Assembly: GCF_009914755.1 (NCBI RefSeq)
Contig: NC_060928.1
DNA length: 64,000 nt
Reading direction: 5' to 3' (one strand)
From: the human T2T-CHM13v2.0 reference genome, Homo sapiens
Below are positions 50,040 through 64,000 of the stretch, piece by piece. Within the stretch, counting starts at the first letter, position 1, and each line of letters begins with the position of its first letter. The position numbers and the translations under genes were made by a program. Below the pieces are notes generated by a model. That model worked only from the letters and a program-made list of their open reading frames with translations, did not search any database and was not told where the DNA came from.

Positions 50040-53000
50040 CCTATTTATATTAAAATGTAAAGAAGAAAAGTACACAAATCTTACATTTACAAGTCAATAC
50101 ATCTTACCCTGCAAACACACCTGGTAGGTGTCACCCAAATCAATGTTCAAACATCACCAAGTACCCAGAAACAACCTATGTGCCCTCTCATTATGTTCTC
50201 CAAAATATATTCTCTCCTCTGACTTCTGTCTCCAGAGATTAATTATACTCTTTATATTTTTAAGAAACATTACTTAAATGATGTCATATGAAGTGTCCTC
50301 TTTTATGTTTTGTTTCTTTCTTTTAACATTATGTTTGGGAGATATGCCCATCTAGTTCTTGTAGCAGTATTTTGTAAATGTTCATTGCTGCACTCTGAGT
50401 GAATAGATCACATTTTTAATCCATTTTAACCTTGAAGGACATTTAATTCATTCTAACATTGATAGCAATCATTTGAATTTGGAGTGTTTTATATACTGCT
50501 CTGGACATTCTTTCACATATTTTCTGGTACATATATACATTTATGCACTTCTGTTGACATTGATCTTGGAGTGGAATTTCTGGGTCACAGGATACACATA
50601 AACTATCAGTTAATACTGACAGTTTTAGAAACTAGTATAGTAATTTGTACTCTGATTAGCATTATGTGAAGGGTCCCCTAGCTCCAAGCCCTAACCAGCA
50701 CTTGGTATTGCATTTTTGTTCTTTGGTTTTTTTTTTTTTTTCCTTTTAGCCATTCTAATGAACTAGAGTGATTTTTTACCATGGTTTTAATTTAAAATTA
50801 TCTTCCACATATAGGCTATTATTGATAATTAATTTAATATTGTGTGTATTTAATACTTCCAAAAATATTATTGCTAATATAAATTTTTAATATTCATTTA
50901 TATTTAATAATTTATTTATATATTATAATGTTCTTCATTCCTTCTTCTTGTATGTCCTTCCAAGATCCCCTTATTTATGCCTTAAACAATTGTTTCATGA
51001 AGGGCCGCTGGAGAAAATTTTTTTAGTTTTTGTTTGAAACGTCTTTATTATAACATCATTTTTGAAGAATGATTTTACCAGGTATATACTTCTATGTTCC
51101 TTCAAGATTTTAAACATGCTATTACATAATCTTTTGTCATTCTTATTATAAAGTCAGCTATCAGTCTAATATTTACTTCTTTGAAAATCATGTGTCTTTT
51201 AATTTCATTTAGGACACTGAATATTTCTCTTTATGTTTGCTTTTTGTTGTTTACTATATGTGTTTAGGGTTTGTGTGTGGGCAAGTGTGTGTTGTGTATT
51301 TATTCTTTTTGGCATCGGTAGCAGCTTGATGCATTTTTAAATCTTTTTAAATATATATTTTTTAAATTGTTTTTCTCCTCTCTCCTCTGTGGAGCTATTT
51401 ACATTTATTCTGAGCTTTTTCACATTTCTAAATGTGTCTCATATTCTTTTTAGTGCTTTATTTTCATTCATTTTTGTCTATGTGTTTTTAATTCTGTAAA
51501 TTTTCTACAATTCTACTTTCTATTTCTTAACTTTCTATCCCACTAACATAATATGCTGTTAACCCATATGGTGAGTTCTTAATTTCAACTATAATTCAAT
51601 GATTTTTAGAATTCTCAATTCTTTATGATCTTTATAAATATTATCTCATAAAAGTCTTAACTTTGTAATCTCTTTAAAAAATATATAAATTATAATTATT
51701 TTGTAACTCTGATAACTAATATCAGGATTACCTGTGGGTCTGTTTATATTATCTTTTTTTATTATTTACTTTTAAATTTTCAGTTTATGTCTTCCTTCGA
51801 GTTTTGTAACATTTTATTGAATGTTGAACATTTTTATGATAAGTTATAGCGATTCTGAATGATGTTACCTTTCTCCAGAAGAGATACAATTTTTAATAGA
51901 AATTTTGTCTTAAGTTAGAGTAGGGACAGATCATATTGATCCAAACAGATTGAGATGGTTCGGAGCTAAATTTAAAGTTTATAAATACTACTTTATTAGA
52001 AGCTATCAATTTCCCCAGAATATAGCTTCCCATAGGTCTCAATTAAATACCTGAGATGTTTTCACTATCCACTCTCCAAGGTAAGCCTTATTCTCCTTTT
52101 TGTTTGTTTCCCACAATTCAATGATCCTGTTGAAATCTTTGCTTAACCCTTTAAACTGCTTTTTTTCAACTTCCAGCTCCTGCACAAGTTAGAATTCAAC
52201 AATTTCCTGAGGACTAACGCCATGCTGAATATCAGTGTTCTTTGTGGTTACCTTTTCTATAGGATGGTGATCCTTTACTATTATTGCATCCTTGTACTCC
52301 AATATTTGTTTCAAAAGCTTATTTATTTCTGTTTAGGATCAAAGCACTGTGTAGCAAATCAACAAATATCCCATGAAGAAAAATGAAAGACAAGTTCGCC
52401 ATGATGTGTTTTCTTTAATTGTTGAATCTTGGCTTCCATACCCTGTCTTAGTTACCCGAAAGTAACTTCAAACTTATAATTTTTATTTTTTTATATTTTA
52501 ATCAAATTTCATAGTAATTCTCAAGCAATATGTTTGGATTGACACAACTACACTACCATATCCAGAAGTAAAAATCATATTCACTTGTGTTTGGTCAACA
52601 AAGTCAACTGTCATTTTTTATTATTTCTTGGTGTGGTTAAGATTAATTCAGAAACAGCAAATGTAATTACACTATCAAATCAGCGTTCATTTCAGTTTTC
52701 TTATTCCATTATACTAAAATGATTTTCTTTTGCACATATGACTGTATTGCCTCACAGAATATCTGCCATCATGTACCATGATTTTATCACTTAATATTTT
52801 CTCATAAGCATTTTTTTAAGTAACTTAAAAATTATTTTACAGACTTAAAATTGTGCAATATGCTTATTAATCATTATTTAAAGCAATTTTAAAATATTAA
52901 ATTGTATTGTGTTTAACAATAACAATGAGCATCTTAGAGACTTCTCTATCTCACTTTTATAGTTTTGTACACTACAGTCTTAGAAATATGAAAATTAGAT

Positions 53001-53400
53001 CAAAAGAAGTAAGCATTTTAAACATTTTCTACATAATACCAAATGCATTCAAAATGTTGAAAAGCAATTTCTAGTTCCATCATCAGCAAATATTTCATAA
53101 TTTTAAAACAAACTTGATAGCATTAGTTGCTATCATTAAAAGGGAACTCAATTTAAAATATTATCTAAAGTCTCTCTAATTTGCTTCTCTTTGATTATTA
53201 ATACAAATAAAAGTATTTCTACATATTTGCTTACAATTTTTACATTTCCTTTTTATTAATTGTTTATATGCTTCTTCTACTTATGTATTGATGATTTTAT
53301 TGTCTTCTTATAGTTTAAGGTGTTTTGTTTACATCACATATTTATATATACATATATTAACTATTTGTCATAATTTTCCAAATATTTACTCAGATAGTGA
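50040..53400 (-). mobile_element. Mosaic of decayed L1ME/HAL1 remnants
   Basis: Antisense L1M 3' motifs (aacatcacca.gtacccagaa, ggagtggaatttctgggtca) and ORF1-region motifs (tttttgaagaatgattt, aagtcagctatcagtcta). Internal boundaries unresolved. Confidence 0.6.
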
Positions 53401-53434
53401 CTAAAATTTCTCAGTGCTTTTGCAATTAGGAATA

Positions 53435-54068
53435 CAGACAATTCTCATCATTTACAGTAGTTACATTCTATAAAGCTGTCACATACACTAAATTAAACTA
53501 TACAAAGCATTGCTCCTAGAGGAAATACAGGGTTAGGTACCTGTGAGCCTCTAGTCACGTCATTTGTATCAATATAGACTTGTTTTATGTGTGTCTTTTA
53601 AAGGCACCTTATTTAATATATATTGCTGATTTACTAACATTAAAGTTCATGGCCCACAGCACTATCACTCATGCCTGAATTAAGGTTATTCAACACACAT
53701 GTTTTCTCCATAATGTACCTATTAGCCTTCTTGTGTTTAGAAGCACTAGACAGCATCTCAGAACTATGCTTAGAGACAATTTTAAACAGAAAAATTACCA
53801 ATAAGAAGCACACAAATGAGAAAAAATGTGGCAATAAGTAGATTACCAAGTAGATTATAGCCTGAGAGGTGAAACAATAACTCAGGGCATCACCTTATTT
53901 AACCTCAGCCAGAAAGGTGCCTGTCAGGTGACTCAAGTGTTTGGTGCAGTGCACATGTCTGCAAACAACTGTGAAAGTGCCATGAGCATCGATTTAGTGG
54001 TTACAAAGAAATTTTACCTAGTATGCAAATTTACAAATATTGAATCCATGAATAATCAGAATAGACTG
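53435..54068 (-). mobile_element. MER82-like (TcMar-Tigger), apparently full length
   Basis: TA|cagacaattctcat...gaataatcagaatagactg|TA terminal inverted repeats; internal gaggaaatacagggttagg. Confidence 0.85.
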
Positions 54069-54310
54069 TAGACTATACAGGAATTCCTGTTATATGTTTA
54101 AATACAAAAAGCCACAAGGCAAATACAGAGCGAGAGAGAGAAATCTTAATATCTTGGGACTTGTGAAGAAAGTCTGACCAACATTTTAAATCATTATGAT
54201 AATTTTAATTTTTAAAAAATGCCTAAGAGAAAGGCATAGAAGAAATATCAGATGTGAGCGTATTTAGTATTTGGTAGTTCTTAAAAAAAAAAAGAAACTG
54301 TCAAAACAGG

Positions 54311-55377
54311 TGTAAATGATCTCCAGCCAAAGACTACCAGATGCAGAGCTGCAATTGAAAAAAAAGTTGGGTATACTGGTTATTGCATTGAGGGAGAACA
54401 CACACTAATGGGAATTTTGTGATGTCTCAGAAAGAAGTGTTCAAAAGTACTTACAAGGTTTGACCTTATGTTAGGTGATTTTTAGAGAGAGTTCAAAGTG
54501 ATGCTTTCTTCTGGATTGAACGCAATCAGAAATCAGGGGTAATTCTATGGTTGACCATCTTAGTAAATATTAACTAAATCATGGGAAGAGTATGGTGAGG
54601 TTATACCTGTAATAAGTACTGTGAAAGCTAATCATGCAAATTGGGTTTTTTGTCATACCCAACTAAAACAGAGTCAAGAGGCCAAGGGACAAAGCACTCA
54701 GGGTACATAAGACCTCCTTGAATGCAATTCTCTGCAAGCCTGGCTGCTAAAACTGCCTGCTATACTTGGAAGTCAGTTTTATCTAATAACTACTAAAACA
54801 ACCTGCTGCTACTCTAAAACTAGTTTTACCCACCACCCTCACTTACCAATTGGAGCTTGCTGGGTCCCCAAAAGTTTACTAGTACCAATTAAATTTCTTA
54901 TAAACAATATATAACACTTCTCTTTTCATAAAACCTCTAACCTTCTCTTTGTTCTTCAGGTACATGGAAGATCACCCTGTCTGTGTGCATACTCCAAATT
55001 GCAATTCTTGTTTTTCAAATACAATGTGTTAAATTTACATTTCTTTCTATATTTTGACTTCAGTGGTACACAGCAGTAGGCATTCTTCCAGGAAAAGGAG
55101 ATGTTTGGTTATATTTATGGTTTAAACAATTTTCTTTCCCTTATCTAAGTTCAGTCATAATGATAAAGTAGCCTTACTTTTGTCTTGATCTATCAAATTC
55201 ACAGGGTGGCCTGGTGCAATTATGGCATTTTTTACAAAATTCATATATTCAACAGGAGAGTACAAAGAACAAAGACCTAGCTGTGAGCACCAAGCCATCT
55301 CTTAGCAACACCATGCCTCATGGGTAATAATGTCAGGCAGGTACTGATAGTGAAGGGCTGTTTTTTCTTCTTTCTCA
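54311..55377 (-). mobile_element. MER76-like ERVL LTR, split by a nested LTR
   Basis: Minus strand starts tgagaaagaagaaaaaacagccc; the two halves flank 54620-55065. Confidence 0.55.
54620..55065 (+). mobile_element. Nested solo LTR (LTR47-like)
   Basis: tgtgaaagct.atcatgcaaattggg...gtcatacccaactaaaacagagtcaag...tattttgactt; gtac repeated at both ends. Confidence 0.7.
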
Positions 55378-55779
55378 AGGGTACAAAGCATTAAAGGCAT
55401 TCCCAATAACTGGTACTGTGTCATCTCTAGTATAATACTATAATATATTATTGAAGACCACACCGGTAATCTGATCTGTGCATATAGGGGATGGTAGTAG
55501 AAAGACTAAAGGACACAACCTGTATTAACCTTAAAGTTTTAAAATACATTCCTGAGCAAGAAATAGAGTTTTGAGAAAAATATTGCAAAATCATAAACTG
55601 TTTACAGAGTCCGTTGTCTACATTAAATTGAGAATACTTTTTGAAAAGAAAAAACACACCCTGATGGAAAAAAACCAAGAGCTCTATATTGAACCTGGGT
55701 ACTCCTTTTCCTTTTATTTAGTCACTTGCCTGCTTTTACTTCTGTACATATTTCCGTCAAATATCAACATCCTCCTCTT

Positions 55780-55890
55780 TTTTTTTTATTATTATACTTT
55801 AAGTTTTAGGGTACATGTGCACAAAGTGCAGGTTAGTTACATATGTATACATGTGCCATGCTGTTGTGTTGCACCCATTAACTCGTCATT
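55780..55890 (-). mobile_element. Extremely 5'-truncated L1PA (L1PA3-5-like), ~100 bp of 3'UTR
   Basis: Poly-T plus attattatactttaagttttagggtacatgtgcac...cccattaactcgtcatt. 16-bp TSD tcaacatcctcctctt at 55764-55779 and 55891-55906. Confidence 0.95.
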
Positions 55891-58160
55891 TCAACATCCT
55901 CCTCTTAAAAGGGCAGTCTGAATTCTTCTGTATGGAAGTTTATATTCAAAATTCTTGGATGTACATTTTGCTATAAACTGTTGCCTGGTTTAAGAAGCTA
56001 CGTATGGATACTGCAGTTTATGGTGAAAATTAAATAAATTAAAAGATCATTATTACATGAAACAATAAACAAAGAATCATGCTGACATATATCAGTGGCC
56101 AAAATATGTTTATTAAAATTCAAATATTAATGTTATTTTAAAATGTGAATATGTATCTGTCATTGTAATAGTCATATCCAAAAATGTGTCTTTAAAATGT
56201 GCATTAGTAAAAAACAAAGTCTTGGATAATGATCTCCAAAAAGTAAGAAAATCACAGAGTTTAAAATTAAAAGCTAAATTGATAAAGACATTCATTTGAT
56301 GCTTTAAAAAAACTGTTGAATTGTGATGTTTATTCACACACACACACATATACATTCACACACAGAGCTATTAACTCTTAGAAGTGCACATTGGGTTAAA
56401 CACACATACTCTAGAACTGCAGGGTGTGGTGCCTTGGGGAATAGTAGGTAACTTTCAGGTCAGTAGGATTTGATGACATTTGAGTAGACTTCTGAATATT
56501 GAAAATATTTGATATTTGTAGGACTTATATTCTTTAATAAGTAAATTGATAACATTACCATTTTATTTCCTATGCACTCAAATACAGGAGAGTGTGGGAG
56601 AGAGAGAGAGAATGCATCATATGACAGTCCTGTATTTCCTGGCTCATATCATTTGCCTACTTACAAACATCACAGCTGAATTAGATGTGCCCCTGGGGAC
56701 ATGTGAGAATTCAACTTGAACTAACATATCTATCCCCACTGTCAAACTACTGGGCTTCAGTGATTAAGTCTCAACTTCCAGACCTGCAAAGACTGTAGAG
56801 ACTATTTCTTAGTCTCAGCTGGTAGAATCAACATCCTCACTTATCAGAGTCCTTTTGAATATGCCTTTTGAATATGACTTATCAGAGTCTCCAGATTATG
56901 TATCTGGATCTTTATCTGGCACTAAATTCTTGACTTCTTCAAAGGTTGGTGTTACTTCCCATGCTTATTAAAGAGACCCTGTGGGATACTTCGTTATCAG
57001 AGGCATTTAGATGTATTTTACTGAATTTCTGGTCACATCAGTCACATTTCCCTTTAGTCTTTTTTTTTGGTTTTTATTTTTTCCTCTATCCTATAAAACT
57101 TCCAAATTGTAATTTTTTATTTTCCTTAAAAAATGTAGAGGCAGCTCCCACTTGGATGGACAGAGCAGTGTGAAGAGGCCCACATTGTGAACTTTTATTC
57201 CAAGAACTATCACAGAAACATACGAGGAAAGCCCAGAGAAACAGACTCTTTGGAGGAGGTAGATTTCCACTGCAGGCTCTGTGGGACAGCTAAGGAACTG
57301 TGAGTGGGACTGCTTTCTAAGATGGGAGGCTTGTAGCCTGGGGCAAGTTCTCAGCCCTGCTCACTGGCTGTATGAAAATAAAATCTATGCTGTTGTTGGG
57401 GGCATGGTGGGTGTGAGACTGGCCTTTCTGGCTGAGAGCCGTATGGGCGCAGGGTGAGGTCTGTGGCTGCCGGCTTTCCCTGACTTTCCTGGTGACCTGT
57501 CTGACACAGAAGAGACAGCCATAATCCCCCTGGGAACATAACTCTATTCCCTGGGAACCACACCCCTATCCCACCCACACAGCAGCAGCAGCAAGCCCCA
57601 CTCAAGGAGAGTCAGCTCAGACAGTCCTAACCCTGCCCCCACCTGAGGGTCTTTCTCTACCTGCCCTGGTAGCCAAAGACAAAGGACATAATCTCTTGGA
57701 AGCTCAATGGCCCCGCCCCCCACCTGACCCTAGGGCAAGCTTGTATCTTCCCTATACAACGGCAGCTGATGCCCTCTTCAAAGCTCCAACTCCTGGCTAG
57801 AGGACTACCAACACAAAACCAGTGTACTAAACAAAAAATCAATGAGGACCCTCACAGAGTCCACTTCACTCCACTGCTACCTCCACCAGAGTAGGTGCTG
57901 GTATCATGAATGAGAGACCTGAAGACGGCTCACATCACAGGACTCTTTGCAGACACTCCCCATTACCAGTTCAGAACCCAGTGGCTCTGCTGGGTGGCCA
58001 GATCCAGAAGAGAAGTAACAATCACATCAGTATGGCTCTCAGGAAGCCCCATCCCTAGGGAAAAAGGTAGAGGACTGCATTTAAAGAGCACCCGTGGGAC
58101 AAAAGATTCTGAACAGCAGTCCTTGAGTCCCGGATCTTCCCTCTGACATAGTCTACCCAA

Positions 58161-59163
58161 ATGAGAAAGAACCAGAAAAACGATTCTGGTAATATGATAA
58201 AACAAGGTTCTTTAATACCCCCAAAAGATCACACTAGCTCATCAGCTATTGATCCAAACCAAGATGAAATCTCTGAATTGCCAGAAAAAGAATTCAGAAG
58301 GTCTATTATTAAGCTAATCAAGGAGGCACCAGAGAAAGGTAAAGTCCAACTTAAAGAAATAAAAAAAGAAGAATTGATACAGGATATGAATGAAAAAATC
58401 TCCAATGAAATAAATAGCATGAATAAAAAACAATCACAACTTCTGGAAATCAAGGACACACTTAGAGAAATGCAAAATACACTGGAAAGTTTCAACAATA
58501 GAATCAAACAAGTAGAAGAAAGAACTTCAGAGCTCAGAGGTAAAGCTTTTGAATGAACCCAATTTGACGAAGACAAAGAAAAAAGAATTTTAAAAAATGA
58601 ACAAAGCCTACAAGAAATTTGGGATTATGTTAAACGACCAAACCTAAGAATAATTGGTGCTCCCAAGGAAGAAAATGTATCTAAAAGTTTGGAAAACATA
58701 TTTGAGGGAATAATTGTGGAAGCCTTCCCTGGCCTTGCTAGAGATCTAGATATTCAAATTAAAAAGAAGCTCAAATAACACATTGGAAATTCATGGCAAA
58801 AAGATCATTGCCTAGGCACATAGGCGTCAGGTTATCTGAAGTCAAGACAAAGGAAAGAATATTAAGAGCTGTGAGTCGAAAGCATCAGGTAACCTATAAA
58901 GGAAAATCAACTGCAGATTTCTCAGCAGAAACCCTACAGACTAGAAGAGACTGGGGTCCTATCTTTAGCCTCTTTAAACAAAACAATTATCAGCCAAAAA
59001 TTTTGTATCCAGCAAAACTAAGCTTTGTAGATGAAGGAAAGATAACAGTCTTTTTTCAGACAAAAAAATGCTGAGGGAATTCAGCACTATCAAGCCAGCA
59101 CTACCAGAACTGCTAAAAGAAGCTCTAAATCTTGAAACAAATCCTCAAAATACAACAAACTAG
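58161..59163 (+). pseudogene. Disrupted L1 ORF1
   Basis: Fragments 58161..58556 and 58793..59074 (RRDWGPIF, ILYPAKLSF), separated by stops and frameshifts. Confidence 0.9.
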
Positions 59164-60252
59164 AATCTTCTTAAAGCATAAATCTCATAGGATCTACAAA
59201 AAATAAAAATAAAGAAATAACACAATGAAAAAAGATACAAGGTATTCAGGCAACAAATAACATGAGGAATAGAATAGTATCTCACATCTCAATACCATTG
59301 TTGAACGTAAATGGCCTAAATGCTTCACTTAAAAGATGTAGAATGGCAGAATGGATAAGAACTCACCAAACCAAGCATCTACTGTCTTCAAGTGACTCAC
59401 CTGACACATAAGGACTCATATAAACTTAAGGTAAAGGGGTGGGAAAAAATATTCCACGCAAAGGGGCACCTAAACAGGCATGATTAGCTATTCTTATATC
59501 AGACAAAACAAACTTTAATGCAACAGAAGTTAAAAAGGACAAAACGGACATTATATAATGATAAAAGGACTAGTCCAACAGGAAAATATCACAATCCTAA
59601 ATATATATGCACCTAACACTGGAGCTCCCAAACGTATAAAACAATTACTACTATACCTAAGAAATGAGATAAACAGCAACATAATAATAGTGGGGGACTT
59701 TAATACTCCACTGACAGCTCTGGACAGGTCATCAAGACAGAAAGTCAACAAAGAAAGAATAGACTTAGACTATACCCTAGAACAAATGGATTTCACAGAT
59801 ATTTACAGAACATTCTACCCAACAGCTGCAGAATATACATTCTATTCATCAGCACACAGAACGTTCTCCAAGATAGACCATATAATAGGCCACAAAACAG
59901 TCTCAACAAATTTATGAAAGTCAAAATTATATCAAGTACTCTCTCAGACCACAGTGGAATAAAATTGGACATGAACTACAAAACGACACCCCCAAACCAT
60001 TCAAATACATGGAAATAAAATAACTTGCTTCTGAATGATCATTGGGTCAACAATGAAATCGAGATGGAAATTTAAAAATTTAAATTTAAATTTAAGTTTA
60101 ATTAAATTTAAATTTTTAAATTTAAACTGAATGATAATTATAATTAAACTGAATGATAATAGTGACAAAACCTATCAAAACCTCTGGGATACAGCAAAAG
60201 TGGTGCTAAGAGGAAAGTTCATAGGATTAAATGCCTACATCAAAAACTTTGA

Positions 60253-60547
<295 letters not shown>

Positions 60548-63313
60548 CAACTTTGAAAGAGGACAAATAGTTAATCTAAGGTCACACATCAAGAAACTAG
60601 AGAAACAAAAACAAACAAAACCAAAACCTAGCAGAAGAAAAGAAATAACCAGGATCAGAGCAGAACTAAATGAAATTAAAACAAATAAAAGATAAATGAA
60701 ACAAAAACCTGATTCTTTGAAAAATTAATTAAAATTGATAGATCATTCATGAGATTAACCAAAAAAAGAAGAATGAAGATCCAAATAAGCTCAATTAAAA
60801 TAAAATGGGAGACACTACAACTGATTCCACAGAAATACAAAAGATCATTCAAGGCTATTATGAATGCCTTTATGCAGATAAACTAGCAAACATACAGAAG
60901 AGGGACAAATTCCTGGAAATATATCACCCTCCTAGTTTAAACCAGGAAGAAATAGAAACTCTGAGCAGACAAATAACAAGTGCAAGATTGAAATGGTAAT
61001 TAAAAATTTGCCAAGTAAAAAAAAAGGCCAGGCCCAGAGAGATTCATAGCTGAATTCTATCAGATATTCAAATAATTGGTACCAATCCTATTGACACTAT
61101 TACAAAACATAGAGAAATAAAGAATCCTTCCTAAATCATTCTATGAAGTATCACCCTAATACCAAAACCAGAAAAGGACATAAAAAAAACTATAGGCCAA
61201 TATCCCTTATGAACATAGATGCAAAAATTCTCAACCAAATACTAGCTAACTGAATCCAACAGCATATCAAAAAGAATATCCAACAGCATATCAAAAAGAT
61301 AATCCACCATGATCCAGTGGGTTTCATACCAGAAATGCAGGGACGGTTTAACATACAAAAGTAAATAAATGTGACACACCACATAAATAGAATTAAAAAC
61401 AAAAATCACACGAGCATCTCAATAGATACAGAAAAAGAATTTCACAAAATACATCATCCCTTTATGATTAAAACTCACAGCAAAATCAACATAGAAGGGA
61501 CATACCTTAAGGTAATAAAAGCTATCTATGACAAACCCACAGCCAACATTATGTAGAATAGGGAAAAGTTGAAAGCATCCCCCCTGAGAACTGGCACAAG
61601 ACAAGGATGCAAACTTCCACCACTTGCATTCAGAACAGTACTGGAAGTCTTAACCAGGGCAATCAGACAGGAAAAATAAAAGTAAAGGGCATCCAAATCA
61701 ATGAAGAGGAAGTCAACCTGTTGCTGTTTGCTGATGACATGATCATATACCTAGGAAATCCTGAAGACTCATCCAAAAATCTCCTAGATATAGTAAGTGA
61801 GTTCAGCAGAGCTTCAGGAAACAAAATTAATGTACCCAAATTAGTAGCCCTACTATAAAGCAACAGCAACCAAGCTGAGAATCAAATGAAGAACTCGATC
61901 CCTTTTACAATACCTGCAAAAAAATTAAAATAAAATACTTAGGAATATACTTAACCAAGGAGGTGAAAGACCTCTACAGGGACAACTACAAAACACTGCT
62001 GAGAGAAATAACAGCACAAACAAATGAAACACATTCCATGCTCATGGATGGGTAGAATCAATATTGTGAAAATGACAATATTGCCAAAAGCAATCTATAA
62101 ATTTGATGCAATTTGCATCAAAATACCACCATCATTCTTCACAGCGCTAGAAAAAACTATCCTAAAATTCCTGTGAAACCAAAAAAAAAAAAAAAAAAAA
62201 AAAAAAAAAGCCTCCATAGCCAAAGCAAGACTAAGAAAAAAGAACAATTCTGGAGGCATTATATTACTCAACTTCACACTTTACTGTAAGGTTATAGTCA
62301 CCAAAACAGCATAATACTGTTGTACAAATAGGCACATATAACAATGGAACAGATTAAGGAAACCAGAAATAAACTCAAATACCTACAGCTAACTCATCTT
62401 CAACAAAGCAAACAAAAACAAATTGGGGAATGGACATTCTGTTCATCAAATGGTGCTGGGATAATTGGCAAGCCACATGTAGAAGAAAGAAATTGTGTCC
62501 TAATCTCTCACCTTGTACAAAAATAAGCTCAAGATAAATTAAGGACTTAAACATAAGATCTGAACCCATAAAAATTCTAGAAGATAATATCAGAAAAAAC
62601 CCTTCTAGACATTGGCATAGGCAATGACTTTATGACCAAGAACCCAAAAGCAAATTAAACAGAAACAAAAATAAATAGATGGAATAAATTAACCTCAAAA
62701 GATTCTACACAACAAAAGAAACAATCAACAGAGTAAACAGACAACCCACAGTGGGAGAAAATCTTTGCGGTCTGGATATCCAACAAAAGATTAATATCCA
62801 GAATCTACAAGGAACTCAAACAAATGAGCAAGAACAAAACAAACAATCTCATCAAAAAGTGAGCTAAAGGCATGAATAGAAAATTTTCAAAAGAAGATGA
62901 ACAAATGGCAAATAAACATATGAAAAAATGCTCAACATCACCAATGAGCAGAGAAATGCACCCAAAACCATAATGCAATACCACCTCACACTGGCAAGAA
63001 TGGCAATAATAAGAGAATAAAAAAAAATCGATGTTGGACTAGATGTGGTAAAAAGAGAACAGTTTAACCCTACTGGTGGGAATGTAAACTAGTACAACCA
63101 CTATGGAAAAGTGCGTAAATTCTTTAAAGAATTAAAAGTAGATCTACCAGTTGATCCAGCAATCCCACTACTGGTTATTTACCCAGAGGAACATAAGTCA
63201 TTATACCAAAAAGATATGTGCACACACATATTTATAGCAGCACTATTTGCAATTGCAAAAGTATAGAACCAGCCCAAATGCCCATCAATCAATAAGTGGT
63301 TAAAGAAAATGGT

Positions 63314-63943
63314 ATATATATGAGATATATATATTATATTTTATATAAATGTATTAAAATATTATATATTATATATTGCATATTATATATAAATTATACA
63401 TTATATAAACATTATGTAGAATGTATAAATATTATATATTATGTATATAATTAATATATATGATATATACTATATGATAGTATATACTATATATAATATA
63501 TTTCATACATTATATATATTATTTTGTATATATAATTTATCACATATTATATAATTATATATTACATATAATTATATATTATATAATATATCATATTACA
63601 TATAATTATATATTATATAATATATCATATTACATATATGATTATATGTAAAGTGTAATTATATATGTATACAATGTCTAATATTGTATATTAGATATTT
63701 AATATTACATAATATTATATAAATAATATACTAAATTATTTATTATATATAATTGATATATTAATTATATACAAATACATAATTATATATTTAATTTTAT
63801 ATAATATATAACCATATCTTATATATAATTGTTATATAATTATACATAATATATAATAATAAATATTATATATTATTATATGGTATATTATATGTATATA
63901 TTAAATATATAATATATAATAAGATATCATATATTTTATATAT
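63314..63943. repeat. ~630-bp degenerate (TA)n/AT-rich low-complexity expansion inside L1PB1
   Basis: Lies between L1 text ...aagaaaatgg and cacactgtggagtactactcagccataaaaa. Confidence 0.95.
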
Positions 63944-64000
63944 ACACTGTGGAGTACTACTCAGCCATAAAAATGAATGAAATAATGGCATTTGCAGCAA

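Noticed and set aside
56828-56838. tcaacatcctc matches 11 bp of the L1 TSD at 55764
   Set aside because: An 11-bp match 1 kb away is compatible with chance and has no associated structure.

Overview
This is AT-rich, CpG-depleted primate (very likely human) intergenic or deep-intronic DNA. I find no intact protein-coding gene, RNA gene, CpG island or CRISPR array. Recognisable ORFs in the supplied track come from L1, MaLR or Alu; the rest are short chance ORFs. The window is bracketed by two old LINE-1s pointing outward: the 5'UTR/ORF1 of an L1PA13-16-like element at 1-1885 (-) and a near full-length L1PB1-like element from 57138 to the window end (+). Between them lie a full-length THE1 provirus, several Alus, many solo LTRs, TcMar/hAT MITEs and L2/MIR/L1M remnants. 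Subfamily names are recalled from consensus sequences by eye and need RepeatMasker/Dfam confirmation. I cannot support a new biological system. The best leads are: (i) a repeat-free, CpG-retaining, multi-hairpin segment at ~30.1-30.8 kb that looks like a conserved or exapted element; (ii) a young L1PA2-like insertion with a twin-priming inversion and a short 3' transduction; (iii) a local duplication whose two copies serve as each other's empty sites for a THE1A insertion and an Alu insertion with target deletion; (iv) several short locally templated copy events; (v) inverted Alus 31 bp apart.
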